A stretch of 64,000 bases of DNA from Octopus sinensis (lineage: Eukaryota), in contig NC_043024.1 in NCBI RefSeq assembly GCF_006345805.1, forward strand, positions 18,662,001 to 18,726,000. The letters are read 5' to 3'. Positions 24,671 through 36,899 of the stretch are shown piece after piece. A program made the position numbers and the translations under genes. Numbering within the stretch: position 1 is the first letter of the stretch; each line of letters starts with the position of its first letter. The notes under the pieces were generated by a model. It had not been told where the DNA came from. It was given only the letters and a program-made list of their open reading frames with translations, and made no database searches.

Positions 24671-24922
24671 TCCCACTTGGGTGTCCTAAGGAATCCAGTT
24701 AGGAAGTGTAATGCTGGTTACTTCTGATAGGAACCAGTAGACTTATTGAAGAGGCAACAGAGGAGTCTAGCCTTCAGGACCCTCTTAGGAATAGCAGGAG
24801 CAGAAGAAGTGGGGTTGGATATGGATGTATATACAAGGTGGGGAAGCAAAACTTGGTATATTTTGGAAGCCTTATTTTTCCTATATTCCTGAGCGTAAAT
24901 ACTAAAATGTTGTTTTCTATTT

Positions 24923-25772
24923 CAGGGTGGAGGTATATAGAGTTTAGTTTAAGCAGAAGTTCCACTCATCCGATCTAGCATGTTGACTCAAGAAGCCAAG
25001 AGACAACTCATTGTAGACTTGCTTCGTGCCAGGGTTGCAATTAGATGTTTTGCTAGGACTGATGGGGCCCTCTATGAGCACTGTGTACAACATTAAGAAC
25101 CAAATGCTGGATATGGGAGGCATCAAGAGAAAGCAAGAGAATGCATTTCTTAAATCTCTCAAAGACAAAATTTCAAAAGACCCATCAACATCCGTGAAAA
25201 AACTGTTCATGGGCATGAAAGTTGATCCAAAGATCATCAGAACTGCAGCACACACTGATTTACAGTTGGGGGTCATACAGGAGGACCCTAAGACACCTGT
25301 TGACCAATGCAATGAAAGCCAGAAGGTATGAAAGGACCAAAAAAGTGTTGCAATACCTGAAGCACAATAATCAAACTGTCAAAATCTTGACCACTGATGC
25401 TGTTTCAAACTGTCACGATGATGGACACATTGCTAAATCACCTTCTGAAGTAAAGGGCATCTTTAGAACCAAGCGCCCGGCTCAAGTCATGGTACTTGGA
25501 GTCGTGGCACCCAATGTAAAACAGGCACCACTCCATTTTTTTCAAGTCTGAGGAAAAGGTGGGGGCTGAAGTTTATTATAAATTCCTGTGGTATAAGGTT
25601 TTGCCTTGGCTGAAGTCTGACCACCCCAACGGTAATTATGTGTGGACCCAAGACGGGGCTCCTGCTCATATGGTGAAGGAAGTGCAGAAATTCTATGAAG
25701 ACAACTTCACCAACTTTTGGCCTGCCAACTTCTAGCCTTCTTCCAGCCCAGACTTGAACCCCCAAATGTTGA
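24923..25772 (+). pseudogene. Degraded Tc1/mariner-superfamily transposase, maT/mori-like
   Basis: Across frames: STVYNIK, DPSTSV, RTKRPAQVMVLGVVA, YVWTQDGAPAH and PSSSPDLNP. A CAGGGT end lies at 24923. Confidence 0.8.
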
Positions 25773-25847
25773 TCATCTTAAGCAAGGTCTGAATACGAAA
25801 ACAGCCTATTTTCAAGGACGTAAACAGCCTATTTCCAGCTTGTTTGA

Positions 25848-26190
25848 AGTGCCGATACCTTTAGTCGAGCAAATTGACCCCCAGAACTTATTCTTTGTAA
25901 GCCTAGCACTTATTCTATTGGTCTCTTTTGCTGAACTGCTAGGTTACAGGGATGAAAACACACCAGCATCGGTTGTCAAGTGATAAACACAAACACACAA
26001 ATATACACACACATACATATATATACATATACAACGGGATTCTTCCAGTTTCTGTCTACCAAATCCACTCACAAGGCTTTGGTTGGCCTGAGGCTATAAT
26101 AGAAGACACTTGACCAAGCTGTCATGGAGTGGGACTGAACCCAGGACCATATGGTTGGTAAGCAAGATACTTACCCCACAGTCACTCATA
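25848..26190 (-). mobile_element. SINE family 1 (tail truncated)
   Basis: Reverse complement consensus match. Confidence 0.85.
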
Positions 26191-26253
26191 TTATTAATTT
26201 AATGAATGAATTGACTAGCTGATAAAAATCCTTAACGTGATCTTTATCCTTAA

Positions 26254-26285
<32 letters not shown>

Positions 26286-26360
26286 GTATATCTGTATATA
26301 TGTATTTATTTATATGTCTATATCTATATCTGTATGTATATATATATATATATATATATA

Positions 26361-26730
26361 CTAGCAGTATCGCCCGGCGTTGCTCGGGTTTGTAAGGGAA
26401 ATAACTATAAAGCATTTTTAGAGACTTATAGCCAAAAAATGGGAAAAAAATGATGGTAAATTTTTTTTTTAGTTAAAAAGGTCGAGTTGCGTCCCCTAGA
26501 CAATCTGTGGTTTGTGTTTCTGATTCTCGACCCCATGTCGAATTTATCGATTTTTTTCAGAACTGGGGGAACTTTTCAAAATTTTCGCTGCGTTAGTTTT
26601 GAATTATGACATTGGGCTATGTGTGTGTCAAGTTTCATCAGAATCGGTTGGAAGCCGTGGTCAGAGTGAGGGTACGAGAAAACAGACACACAGAAACACA
26701 CACAGACAAACTGCCGTTTATATATAGAGA
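26361..26730 (-). mobile_element. Non-autonomous Helitron, different 5' body
   Basis: Minus strand starts TCTCTATATATAAA and ends CCCGAGCAACGCCGGGCGATACTGCTAG, the same 3' end as the 17 kb copies. Confidence 0.85.
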
Positions 26731-26744
26731 GATATATATATAAT

Positions 26745-27059
26745 AAATTAGAAAAAAACACCTTTTATCAATTCAAAATGAACAATTAAATTACACACCA
26801 TCTAGAAAATTACATATAATAGATATTAAAAAAGAAAATAACAATATATAATACCGATGCTTAATTAATTGCAAAATAATAATAAAAATGTATATATATA
26901 TAAAACAATTATATACGTTTTATTTATTATTTTGCGCATTACTTAATCATCAGTATATTATTGTTATTTTATATTTAATATTTCTATTATATGTAATTTT
27001 CTTGATGGTATAATTTAATTGTTCATTTTGAATTGATAAAACGTGGTTTTTTCTAATTT
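26745..27059. repeat. Foldback element built from a Penelope-type terminus
   Basis: AAATTAGAAAAAAACACCTTTTATCAATTCAAAATGAACAATT pairs with its inverted copy ending at 27059. Homologous to 38860-39010. Confidence 0.7.
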
Positions 27060-27152
27060 TTATATATATATTATATTTTGTGAATTTTGATTTAGTATTT
27101 CTAAACTGAATTTTTCCCTGTAACTTAGGAATAATATTCCCTCAAGTAATAA

Positions 27153-27186
<34 letters not shown>

Positions 27187-27192
<6 letters not shown>

Positions 27193-28343
27193 GATGAAGA
27201 TAGGTGTGTGAAAAAGTGGCACACTCTGGCAGTTGAGGGGACCTGTGGAAGAGTTAGACCCAGGAAAACCTGGGTCGAGGTGGTGAAGCACGACCTTCGA
27301 ACTCTAGGTCTCACCAAGGAAATGACCAGAGACCGAGACCTATGGAAGTATGCTGTGCGTCAGAAGACCCGGCAAGACCAGTGAGAACAATCAAAATCAA
27401 ATCATATATCAGAAAGCAGGGGTTAAGTGACCCATCCGTTCGTGTCCGCTGTCAGCCTCGTCTGGCACCTGTGTCGGTGATACGTAAAAGCACCATTCGC
27501 TCGTAGCCGTTTGCCAGCTCTGTCTGGCCTCCATGTCGGTGGCATGTAAAAGCACCATCCGTACGTGTTCGTTGCCAGCCTCGCCTGGCCCCATGCCGGT
27601 GACACGTAAAAGCACCGTCCGTTCGTGGCCGTTTGCCAGCTCTGTCTGGCCCCGTGTCGGTGGCACGTAAAAGCACCATCCGTTCGTGGCCGTTGCCAGC
27701 CTCGGCTGGCCTCCGTGCCGGTGACACGTAAAAGCACCGTCCGTTCGTGGCCGTTTGCCAGCTCTGTCTGGCAACCGTGTCGGTGGCATGTAAAAGCACC
27801 ATCAGTTCGTGTCCGTTGCCAGCCTCGGCTGGCCTCCGTGGCCGGTGACAATGTAAAAGCACGTCCGTTCGTGTCCGTTGCCAGCCTCGGCTGGCCCCCG
27901 TGCCGGTGACATGTAAAAGCACCGTCCGTTCGTGGCCGTTTACCAGCTCTGTCTGGCAACCGTGTCGGTGGGCATTAAAAGCACCATCAGTTCGTGTCCG
28001 TTGCCAGCTCTGTCTGGCCCCGTGTCGGTGGCACAGAAAAGCACCATCCGTTCATGTCGGTTGCCAGCATCGCCTGGCCCCGTGCCGGTGACACGTAAAA
28101 GCACCATCCGTTCGTGGCCGTTTGCCAGCTCTGTCTGGCACCTGTGCAGGTGGCACGTAAAAATCACCCACTACACTCGCGGAGTGGTTGGCGTTAGGAA
28201 GGGCATCCAGCCGTAGAAACACTGCCAGATCTGACTGGGCCTGACGAAGCCTTCCGGCTTCACAGACCCCAGTTGACCCATCCAACCCATGCTAGCATGG
28301 AAAGCGGACGCTAAATGATGATGATGATGATGATGATGATGAT
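27187..28343 (+). mobile_element. 5'-truncated RTE LINE (ORF end plus 3' UTR with expanded tandem array, (GAT)n tail)
   Basis: MDEDRCVKK...GRVRPRKTWVEVVKHDLRTLGL matches the 35.0-35.2 kb C-terminus. Confidence 0.9.
27432..28170 (+). repeat. Tandem array of ~12 x ~61 bp units in the RTE 3' UTR
   Basis: TAAAAGCACC recurs with ~61 bp periodicity; A and B subunits alternate. Confidence 0.95.
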
Positions 28344-28350
28344 ATATATA

Positions 28351-28724
28351 GGCGCAGGAGTGGTTGTGTGGTAAGTAGCTTGTTTACCAACCACATGGCT
28401 CCAGGTTCAGTCCCACTGTGTGGCACCTTGGGCAAGTGTCTTCTACTATAGCCTCGGGCCGACCAAAGCCTTGTGAGTGAGTAGATGGAAACTGAAAGAA
28501 GCCTGTCGTATATATATATATATATGCATGTGTGTGTTTGTGTGTCTGTGTTTGTCCCCCTAGCATTATTTGACAACTGATGCTGGTGTGTTTATGTCCC
28601 CGTTACCTAGCGGTTCGGCAAAAGTGACCAATAGAATAAGTACTGGCTTACAAAGAATAAGTCCCCGGGGTCGAGTTGCTGATTGATTAAAGTCAGTAAC
28701 TGAAACAACTAAAAGAGTAAAAGA
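28351..28724 (+). mobile_element. SINE family 1
   Basis: Consensus match with a small 3' deletion. Confidence 0.85.
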
Positions 28725-28737
28725 GTATATATATATA

Positions 28738-28784
<47 letters not shown>

Positions 28785-28975
28785 TATATATATGTAGTAT
28801 ATATATATATTATGTATATATATATGTATATATATATATGTATATATATGTAATGTGTATATATATATATACATGTACATGTATATATATATATATGTAT
28901 CTTATATATATATATATATAATATATAATATATACCATATATATATCTGTATGTATATATATATACATATGCATG
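28725..28975. repeat. (TA)n-rich microsatellite
   Basis: Direct reading. Confidence 0.95.
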
Positions 28976-29264
28976 CAAGTGTAACCATCTCTAGCTAATA
29001 TCTAGCGCTCTCTGTTTAGCCAATAATGTCTAGTAGAACTAGTTTCTCCATTATATTCTCCTAGGACTAAAGAAGAGAACTTATGAGAATCTCATAAACT
29101 GCCACTGTTAAATATATTCTTTCAACAATTCTTTATATCTTACACTAATAATGGTCTGACACTTCACACAAATCTATCAGACTTTCATCTCCTCCTGTTA
29201 CTTGACTCTCCTTCAAATCTCAGTTTCTTCCATTCTTTCGGTCTTCCGTTATTGTTGTTGTCAC

Positions 29265-29880
29265 CATTCTTCTTCTTCTTCTTCTTCTTCTTCTTCCTCT
29301 CCTTCTTCTTCTCCTTCTTCTTCTTCTTTTCTTCTTCTTTTCTTCTTCTTCTTCTTTTCCATCCATCATCATCATCATCATCATCTTCTTCTCCTTCTTC
29401 TTCTCCTTCTTCTTCTTCTTTTTCTTCTTCTTCTTCTTCTTTTCCATCCAATCATCATCATCATCAATATTATTCTTCTTCTTTTTTCTTCTTCTCCTTC
29501 CTCCCCACACTCCTCCTCCTCTTTCTCCTCTCTCCCTCCCCTTTTTCTTCTTCCCCCCTCCCCTCCCCTTCCTTTTTCTCGCTTTTTATCATCTTCTGTA
29601 TCTTCATTATCTATCATTATCATCATCATCACCACCATTATCATCTTTATTCTTACCACCACCACCACCATCACCATCATTATCATCACCACCATCATCA
29701 TCATCTTTATTCTCATCACCACCACCACCACCACCACCAACCACTATGCACTCCTACCCTCATCATCATCATCATCATCATCATCATCACCACCACCACT
29801 ACCACACCTCCCTCCTCCCCTTCCTCTTCTTTCTTCTCCATCCTCTCCTCTTTCCTTTCCTTTTCCATCCCCCTCCCTCA
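29265..29880. repeat. (CTT)n/(CAT)n/(CAC)n compound tract
   Basis: Direct reading. Confidence 0.95.
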
Positions 29881-30349
29881 CCACCCATCATTCCCCTCTC
29901 TTTCACAAGAGAAATATTCTCCATTTACCGAATTTCCTTTCCTATTTTTCTCCGCTTTTTCAATTTCATTTCGTTGGCAGCATTCGAAGAACGACGTTAA
30001 CAGAAACAAGAGTCCAAGAGAATTGGTCTCACTGTTGGGAGGGTCATTCTGTGTCAAATCTTCGGCCAGACATCAAAAACCAATTTTCTCTCAGTTCGGT
30101 AACCTGAGGAAATATTCAGTCAAAAATCTTTAGTCCTCAGTCGTCCTCAATGTTGTCCGCAAAGATTAATGTCAAACACTCTGTGGAGGTGATTTAATTT
30201 CTAACCAATGTTCTTCAGAGAATGAAGGAGCTTCTTCACTCAAGGGGATGGGTCAATCGTTGTGCTAGAAATAGCAGTCTAATATACCTTAAATTGGACA
30301 CTCATACACACATACACACAAAAACAATGCATCAAGCATTTTACAATAT

Positions 30350-30494
30350 AACCATCATCATCATTGTTATCATCATCGTTGTCATTGTCGTTGTCATCAT
30401 CATCATCATTATTATTGCCATCATCATCATCATCATCATTTTCATCATCATCACCAGAAGCAGCAGCAGCATCACAACTATCATTACTACTGCT

Positions 30495-30533
<39 letters not shown>

Positions 30534-30651
30534 TTCGTCATCATCATCATCATCATCATCATTGCCATCATCATCATAATCTTTATCATCATCATCATTC
30601 ATCTTCATCATCATCATCATCATCATCATCGTTGCCATCATCATCATCATC

Positions 30652-30693
<42 letters not shown>

Positions 30694-30714
30694 GTTGCCA
30701 TCATCATCATCATC

Positions 30715-30753
<39 letters not shown>

Positions 30754-30855
30754 TCATAATCATCATTGTCATGATGATGATGTTGATGTTGGTGATGGTT
30801 GTAACATTGATGATGACGATGGTGATGAGGATGACGACAATGGTGATGATGGTTG
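30350..30855. repeat. (CAT)n tract switching to (GAT)n
   Basis: Direct reading; strand polarity flips near 30770. Confidence 0.95.
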
Positions 30856-31204
30856 ACGCAATGCAAAAGTCTTCTAAATTGTACCTTGTCATTACATTCT
30901 TGCTAACCACTTTCCAGATTGACCCTGACTGCAGTTACCATGGCACCAGCACTAGAGTGATAGCCATGTAATCGACAAGACCAAGCAGTCCTCGTCTCAA
31001 CTTCAGACTGTCTCTCATCATTCAACGACCATTTAATAGAGTGTTCTGGATGGAATTTTTGTGGGCTTTGAGCTTTACAAAATCTGCCCCAACAAATTCT
31101 GTCCAACCCATTCAGACAAAGAAAAGTTGACCTTAAAAGGATCGCAACTGCTACAATGATGACGATGATGATGATGACAGTGGCAATGATGACAACACTG
31201 CTGC

Positions 31205-31602
31205 TGCTTTGAGTGCTGCTGCTGTTGCTGTTGAGCGAATGGTCTTTGTCCCAGAGTTCGCAAGATGGAAGAAGTCCGAAACGTGGTCCTTTGCTATTCA
31301 TAAGACCCATAGAAGAGAAAGCAGGTCAACTCCCTGACACCGAAAGCATCGACGGATGGATGAATCCGCATCCAGGTTCAGCGGTTGCATAGGAAGTCGG
31401 GGACAAGAAACAGGAAGAAAGAGTGAGAGAGAAAGTTGGGGCGAAAGAGTACAACAGGGGTCGCCACCCCCACCTGTCGGAGCCTTGTGGAACTTTATGT
31501 GTTTTCGCTCACTAAATACAGACAATGGCCGGTCTGGGAATCGAAACCGCGATCCTCCGACCGCAAGTCCGCTGCCCTAACCATTGGGCCATTGCGCCTC
31601 CA
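31205..31602 (-). mobile_element. tRNA-Arg-like SINE family 4, tail type A
   Basis: Minus head GTGGAGGCGCAATGGCCCAATGGTTAGGGCAGCGGAC...GTTTCGATTCCC. Tail ...ACCACGTTTCGGAC...(CAG)n. Confidence 0.8.
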
Positions 31603-31609
31603 CTTGCTG

Positions 31610-31985
31610 CTGCTGCTGCCCCCGCCGCTGCTGCTACCACTGGCACTTGCCATCACTGCCACTGCTGCCACAGTTGCTACCAGTGATGGTGACAATAATG
31701 ACAATGATGACAACAGTGATGATGATGATGCTGATGATGATGATTATGACAATGATGATGATGACAGTGATAATGATGACTGTGATGATGATAATGTTGA
31801 CAATGACAACTGTGTTTATGAATGAGCCCAATGATAGTAATGATGACAGTGATAATGATAATGATGATGTTTATTATGATGATGATGATAATGTTGTTGA
31901 CGATGAAGATTCCGATATGGTAACAATCATGATAATGATGATGATGATGACAAAGATTATGATGATGTTGATGATGAAGATGATT
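31610..31985. repeat. (GAT)n-type tract
   Basis: Direct reading. Confidence 0.9.
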
Positions 31986-32094
31986 ACAGAAGAAAGGGCA
32001 AAATTCACCAACCTTTCTACAGCCATAGTCCATTCTTCATATAGTGTTATATATATGTGTATATATATATATATACACGCATATATATATATCA

Positions 32095-32406
32095 CCATAA
32101 TCACTGTGACTGACCAGGCTATCAGATGTTGCTACACATCGCTGGTCACAATGCGCTTTGCATTGTTTTAGCCTTCAAATGACGCCACCCCGCTGGCTAA
32201 GCGAGCAGGCCAACAGAAGAAAGAGTGAGAAAAAGTTGTGGCGAAAGAGTACAGCAGGGATCGCCACCACGCCCCTGCTGGAGCCTCGTGGAGCTTTTTA
32301 GGTGTTTTTGCTCAATAAACACTCACAAAGCCCGGTCTGGGAATCGAAATCGCGATCCTACGATCGCGAGTCCACTGCTCTAACCACTGGGCCATTATGC
32401 CTCCAC
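32095..32406 (-). mobile_element. SINE family 4, tail type B
   Basis: Same head and body as 31205. Different tail ...GAAGGCTAAAACAATGCAAAGCGCATTGTGACCAGCG... Confidence 0.8.
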
Positions 32407-32540
32407 ACACACACACACACACACACAATATATATATATATATATATATATATTGTATATATATATATGTATACAATATGTATATGTATATATATATATA
32501 TATGTATATATATGTATATGTATATATATATATGTATATC

Positions 32541-35500
32541 TATGACACTCTACTGCAGACTACCTCGTTGACGAACGACAGAGACCTTATCTTTGTGGCT
32601 GGTGACTTCAATGGTCACGTTGGACGACATGCTGGGGGCTTCCATGGCGTACATGGAGGCTATGGCTATGGCTCCCGCAACGAGGAGGGAACCAGGCTGC
32701 TGGAGTTCTGCGATGCAAATAATCTTATGATTTGCAACACTAACTTCAGGAAACCTACCAGCCACCTAGTCACTTACCAATCGGGCCAACATACCAGCCA
32801 AATTGACTACATCCTTACAAGGCAAAGGGAGAGATGGCTGCTTATAAATGCCGAAACCTTCCCAGGTGAAGAATGTACCCACAACATAGACTGGTAGTTA
32901 GTGACTTTAGGATCAGGACTAGGAGGACAACCAGAAGACAACAAATATGGAGAAGAAGGATCTGGAAGCTTAAAGATCCTGCAAATGGACAGAGATTTAG
33001 GGACATATTACTTGAAGCCTCTGACGAGTAGAAGGGGATAGAGCATCACAGGGGGTAGAAGACAGCTGGACGTTTCTAAGGGACAACCTGCTGAGAGCCA
33101 CTGACCAGATCTGTGGCTGGTGCAAAGTCCCCTCTCGACCTAGAATAACGTGGTGGTGGGAACAATATTGTAGACAGGGCTATTAGAGAAAAGAGACAGG
33201 CTTGGAAGGTCTGGAAAAATGGGGGTAGCAGGGGATTGTATCAGACTGCCAAAAGAGAAGCTAGGAGACAGGTTTATTTAGCCAGAGGGGAAGCAGATAA
33301 GAAAAAATTTGCCAATGTTCTGCGCCGTGAGGACCAAAGACTGGAGGCGTTTCGTGTTGCAAGACAGTGTGTGAGAGAGAATCGTGATGTGGTAGGAGAG
33401 AAGTGTGTTCGCATGGAAGATGGTTCACTTGCGCTAAATGAGGATGCAAAGAGAGAGGTTTGGAGATGCCACTATGAAAGGTTGCTGAATGAAGAAAATG
33501 AATGGGATAAAGAGAGTCTGCCGAATGTTGACCCAACAGAGGGACCAGCTATCCGAGAGTTGATAGTTCCGTGGTAGCTAAGGCAATTAGAAGCATGAAG
33601 ACAGGGAAAGCCCCAGGCCCATCAGGAATCACTGCAGAGATGCTCAAAATGTCTGGTAGTGTCGGCTATAGCCTAGTCACCCGTTATAGTTAATAAGGTG
33701 ATACACAAAGGGGTCATACCCAATGACTGGTGTAGCAGTATAATAGTCAACTGCTACAAAGGTAAAGGTGATGCCCTAGATACAAATAACTACAGAGGTA
33801 TCAAGCTGTGGACCAGGTGATGAAGGTTCGGAGAGGGTCATAGCCCAACTAATTAGAGAGAGAGTTAGTTTAGATGAGATGCAGTTTGGGTTTGTGCAAG
33901 GAAAAGTACTACTGATGCTATATTCCTGGTAAGGCAGCTGCAGGAGAAAAATACCTAGCCAAAGATAAGCCCCTGTACCTGGCTTTTGTTGACATGGAGA
34001 AAGCCTTCGACAGGGTCCCCCAATCCCTTATCTGGTGGGCAATGAGGAAACTAGGGATAGATGAATGGTTAGTGAGAGCTGTGCGGGCCATGTACAGGGA
34101 CGCCGCTAGTAGGGTGAGGGTTGGAAATGTGTACAGTGAAGAATTCCGGGTAGAGGTAGGAGTCCACAAGGCTCAGTACTCAGCCCCCTCCTATTTATCA
34201 TAGTCCTCCAGGCAATAACGGAGGAATTCAAGACAGGATGCCCTTGGGAGCTCCTCTATGCTGATGACCTTGCTCTAATTGCTGAGTCGCTATCAGAACG
34301 GGAGGAGAAGTTTCAGGTGTGGAAACAAGGATTAGAATTGAAGGGCCTCAGAGTCAATCTAGCTAAAACCAAAGTCGTAATCAGTAGGAAGGTAGACAAA
34401 TCACAAACACCTTCAGGTAGATGGCCCTGCTCGATCTGTAGAAAAGGTGTAGGTAGAAACTCTATAAGATGCACCAAGTGTAAGCTATGGACACATAAGA
34501 GATGCAGCAATGTCAAAGGAAGGCTAACTAGGAAGATGGTTTTTGTATGTGGCAGATGCTCAGGAACAATAAACACTGGAAATGTGCAGAGACCAACTTC
34601 CATCACTTTCCAGGGAGAAAAACTAGAAATAGTTGATAGTTTCCGTTACCTAGGTGACCAAGTCAGCAGCGGGGGCGGGTGTGCTGAAAGTGTAACTGCT
34701 AGAGTAAGAATAGCTTGGGCAAAGTTCAGAGAGCTTACCTCTACTGGTGACAAAAGGCCTCTCGCACAGAGTGAAAGGCAGACTGTATGATGCGTGTGTA
34801 CGAACAGCCATGCTACATGGCAGGAAACATGGCCGTGACTGCTGAGGAGGATATGCGTAAGCTCGCTAGAAATGAAGCCAGTATGCTCCGATGGATGTGT
34901 AATGCCGGTACTCACACTCGGCAGAGTGTAAGTACCTTGAGAGAAAAGCTGGACCTAAGAAGCATCAGTTGTGGTGTGCAAGAGAGACGTTTGCGCTGGT
35001 ATGGTCATGTGGCGAGAATGGATGAAGATAGTTGTGTGAAAAAGTGCCACACCCTAGCGGTTAAGGGAACCTGTGGAAGAGGCAGACCCAGGAAAACCTG
35101 GGACGAGGTGATGAAGCACGACCTTCGAACTTTAGGTCTCACTGAGGAAATGACTAGAGAGACCGAGACCTCTGGAAGTGTGCTGTGCGCGAGAAGACCC
35201 GGCAGGACAAGTGAGTCCATAACCGTGGCCTTCTACATGGGATGGAGCCAGCCTACGTATGCATACCTTCCCTTCTTGGGACACAAACTCTACTTGTGAA
35301 GACGTGATGAGGCAAGTGAGGATCAGAATCGAAATCGATCAATGGAAATTGCGGATGTGCTACCAGTGCCGGTGGCATGTCAAAACTCTGCTTGTGAAGA
35401 CCCGTTGAGGCAAGTGACGATCAGAATCGAAATCGATCAATGGAAATCGATCAATGGAAATTGCAGACGTGTTACCAGTGCCGGTGGCATGTAAGAGAAA

Positions 35501-35796
35501 CTTTCCGTTTCGTGTCCGTTGCCAGCCTCGCCTGGCCCTCGTGCCGGTGGCACATAAAAAGCACCACTCCGTTCGTGGCGTTGCCAGCTCTGTCTGGCAC
35601 CAGTGCGGGGGCACGTAAAAAGCACCCACTACACTCACGGAGTGGTTGGCGTTAGGAAGGGCATCCAGCCGTAGAACACTGCCAGATTTGACTGGGCCTG
35701 ATGAAGCCTTCTGGCTTCACAGACCCCAGTAGAACCGTCCAACCATGCTAGCATGGAAAACGGACGCTAAACGATGATGATGATGATGATGATGAT
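32541..35796 (+). mobile_element. 5'-truncated RTE-clade LINE (APE, RT, PHD-like finger), frameshifted
   Basis: AGDFNGHVG, QIDYIL, YRGIKL, MQFGF, VDMEKAFDRV, LYADDL (34254-34271), FRYLG and WYGHVARM are spread over several frames. 3' UTR repeats and a (GAT)n tail follow. Confidence 0.95.
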
Positions 35797-35812
35797 CTAT
35801 ATCTATAATATA

Positions 35813-35859
<47 letters not shown>

Positions 35860-36176
35860 AATTTCCTCTTTTTTGCGTAGCAATCAGTTCAGTTTTTCTG
35901 CTCTGCTTATATCGAATGAAAAAAAGAAAAAGAAAAAGAAAAAAGGAGAAATACAAAGACTATAAAAACAGGCAAATATTTCCTGTCAGTTTTTCCGTCT
36001 CTTTGGAATTACATTTGGAAAATACTGTTTTCAATAATCTATGAGTTTAATTAAGTGATAATTGAACAGCTCAGCTTTTCAAAGATTTCATTGACTAGTA
36101 CAGTTGTTGTTGTTCATGGTGATGGTGGGTGAATATGCATGGCCAAATAGATAGGCAGTTGGACTCAAGATCATAT

Positions 36177-36355
36177 GTGGAGGCATGTGGCTTAGTGGTT
36201 AAGGTATCAGACTCATGATAGTAAGATTGCGGTTTCAATTCCTGGACCAGTTGATACATTGTGTTTTTGAGCAAAACACTTCATTTCTTGTTGCTCCAGT
36301 CCACTCAGCTGGCAAAAATGAGCAATAATCCTGCAACGGATGGGCATCTCATCCA
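36177..36355 (+). mobile_element. SINE family 3 (Meta/V-like) fragment
   Basis: GTGGCTTAGTGGTTAAGG...TTGAGCAAAACACTT...GCTCCAGTCCACTCAGCTGGCAAAAATGAG. Confidence 0.75.
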
Positions 36356-36363
36356 AATACTGT

Positions 36364-36757
36364 TACTCTTTTACTTGTTTCAGTCATTTGACTGTGGCCA
36401 TGCTGGAGCACCGCCTTTAGTCGAGCAGATCGACCCCGGGACTTATTTTTTGTAAGCCCAGTACTTATTTTATCGGTCTCTTTTGCCGAACTGCTGAGTA
36501 ACGGGGACGTAAACACACCAGCATCGGTTGTCAAGCAATGCTGGGGGGACAAACACAGACACACAAACACACACGCACATATATATATATATATATATGA
36601 CGGGCTTTTTTCAGTTTCTGTCTACCAAATCCACTCACAAGGCTTTGGTCGGCCTGGGGCTATAGCAGAAGACACTTGCCCAAGATGCCATGCAGAGGGA
36701 CTGAACCCGGAACCATGTGGTTGGTAAGCAAGCTACTTACCACACAGCCACTCCTGT
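36364..36757 (-). mobile_element. SINE family 1, full length
   Basis: Reverse complement consensus match. Confidence 0.9.
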
Positions 36758-36899
36758 GCTTATGGGAACATATATGGGGAACATATATGCCATAGAAACT
36801 GGGAAACTGGCCCTTATGAGTCAGCCTGACTCGAGAAGGTAACTTTACCTTTGGTTTTTTTTTACTCAAAATTATAATGTTGTTGGTTTGATTTCGTGG

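Noticed and set aside
26905-26960. Hammerhead-like CTGATGA...AAAACGTA on the minus strand
   Set aside because: G12 is missing and there is no convincing stem II; at best a relic.
27432-28170. CRISPR-like regular array
   Set aside because: There are no unique spacers, the whole unit repeats, it lies in a LINE 3' UTR, and the context is eukaryotic with no cas genes.
29960-30260. Minus-strand frame interrupted only by TGA codons (possible alternative code or NUMT)
   Set aside because: There is no resemblance to mitochondrial proteins, and chance is sufficient in AT-rich DNA.
29185-30971. Long poly-S/H/I/M/E ORFs
   Set aside because: These are trinucleotide repeat translations with no domain content.
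30895-31130. Strong acceptor (GCTAAC...TTTCCAG) suggesting a host exon at 30918
   Set aside because: All three frames hit stops within 60 nt and no matching donor was found.
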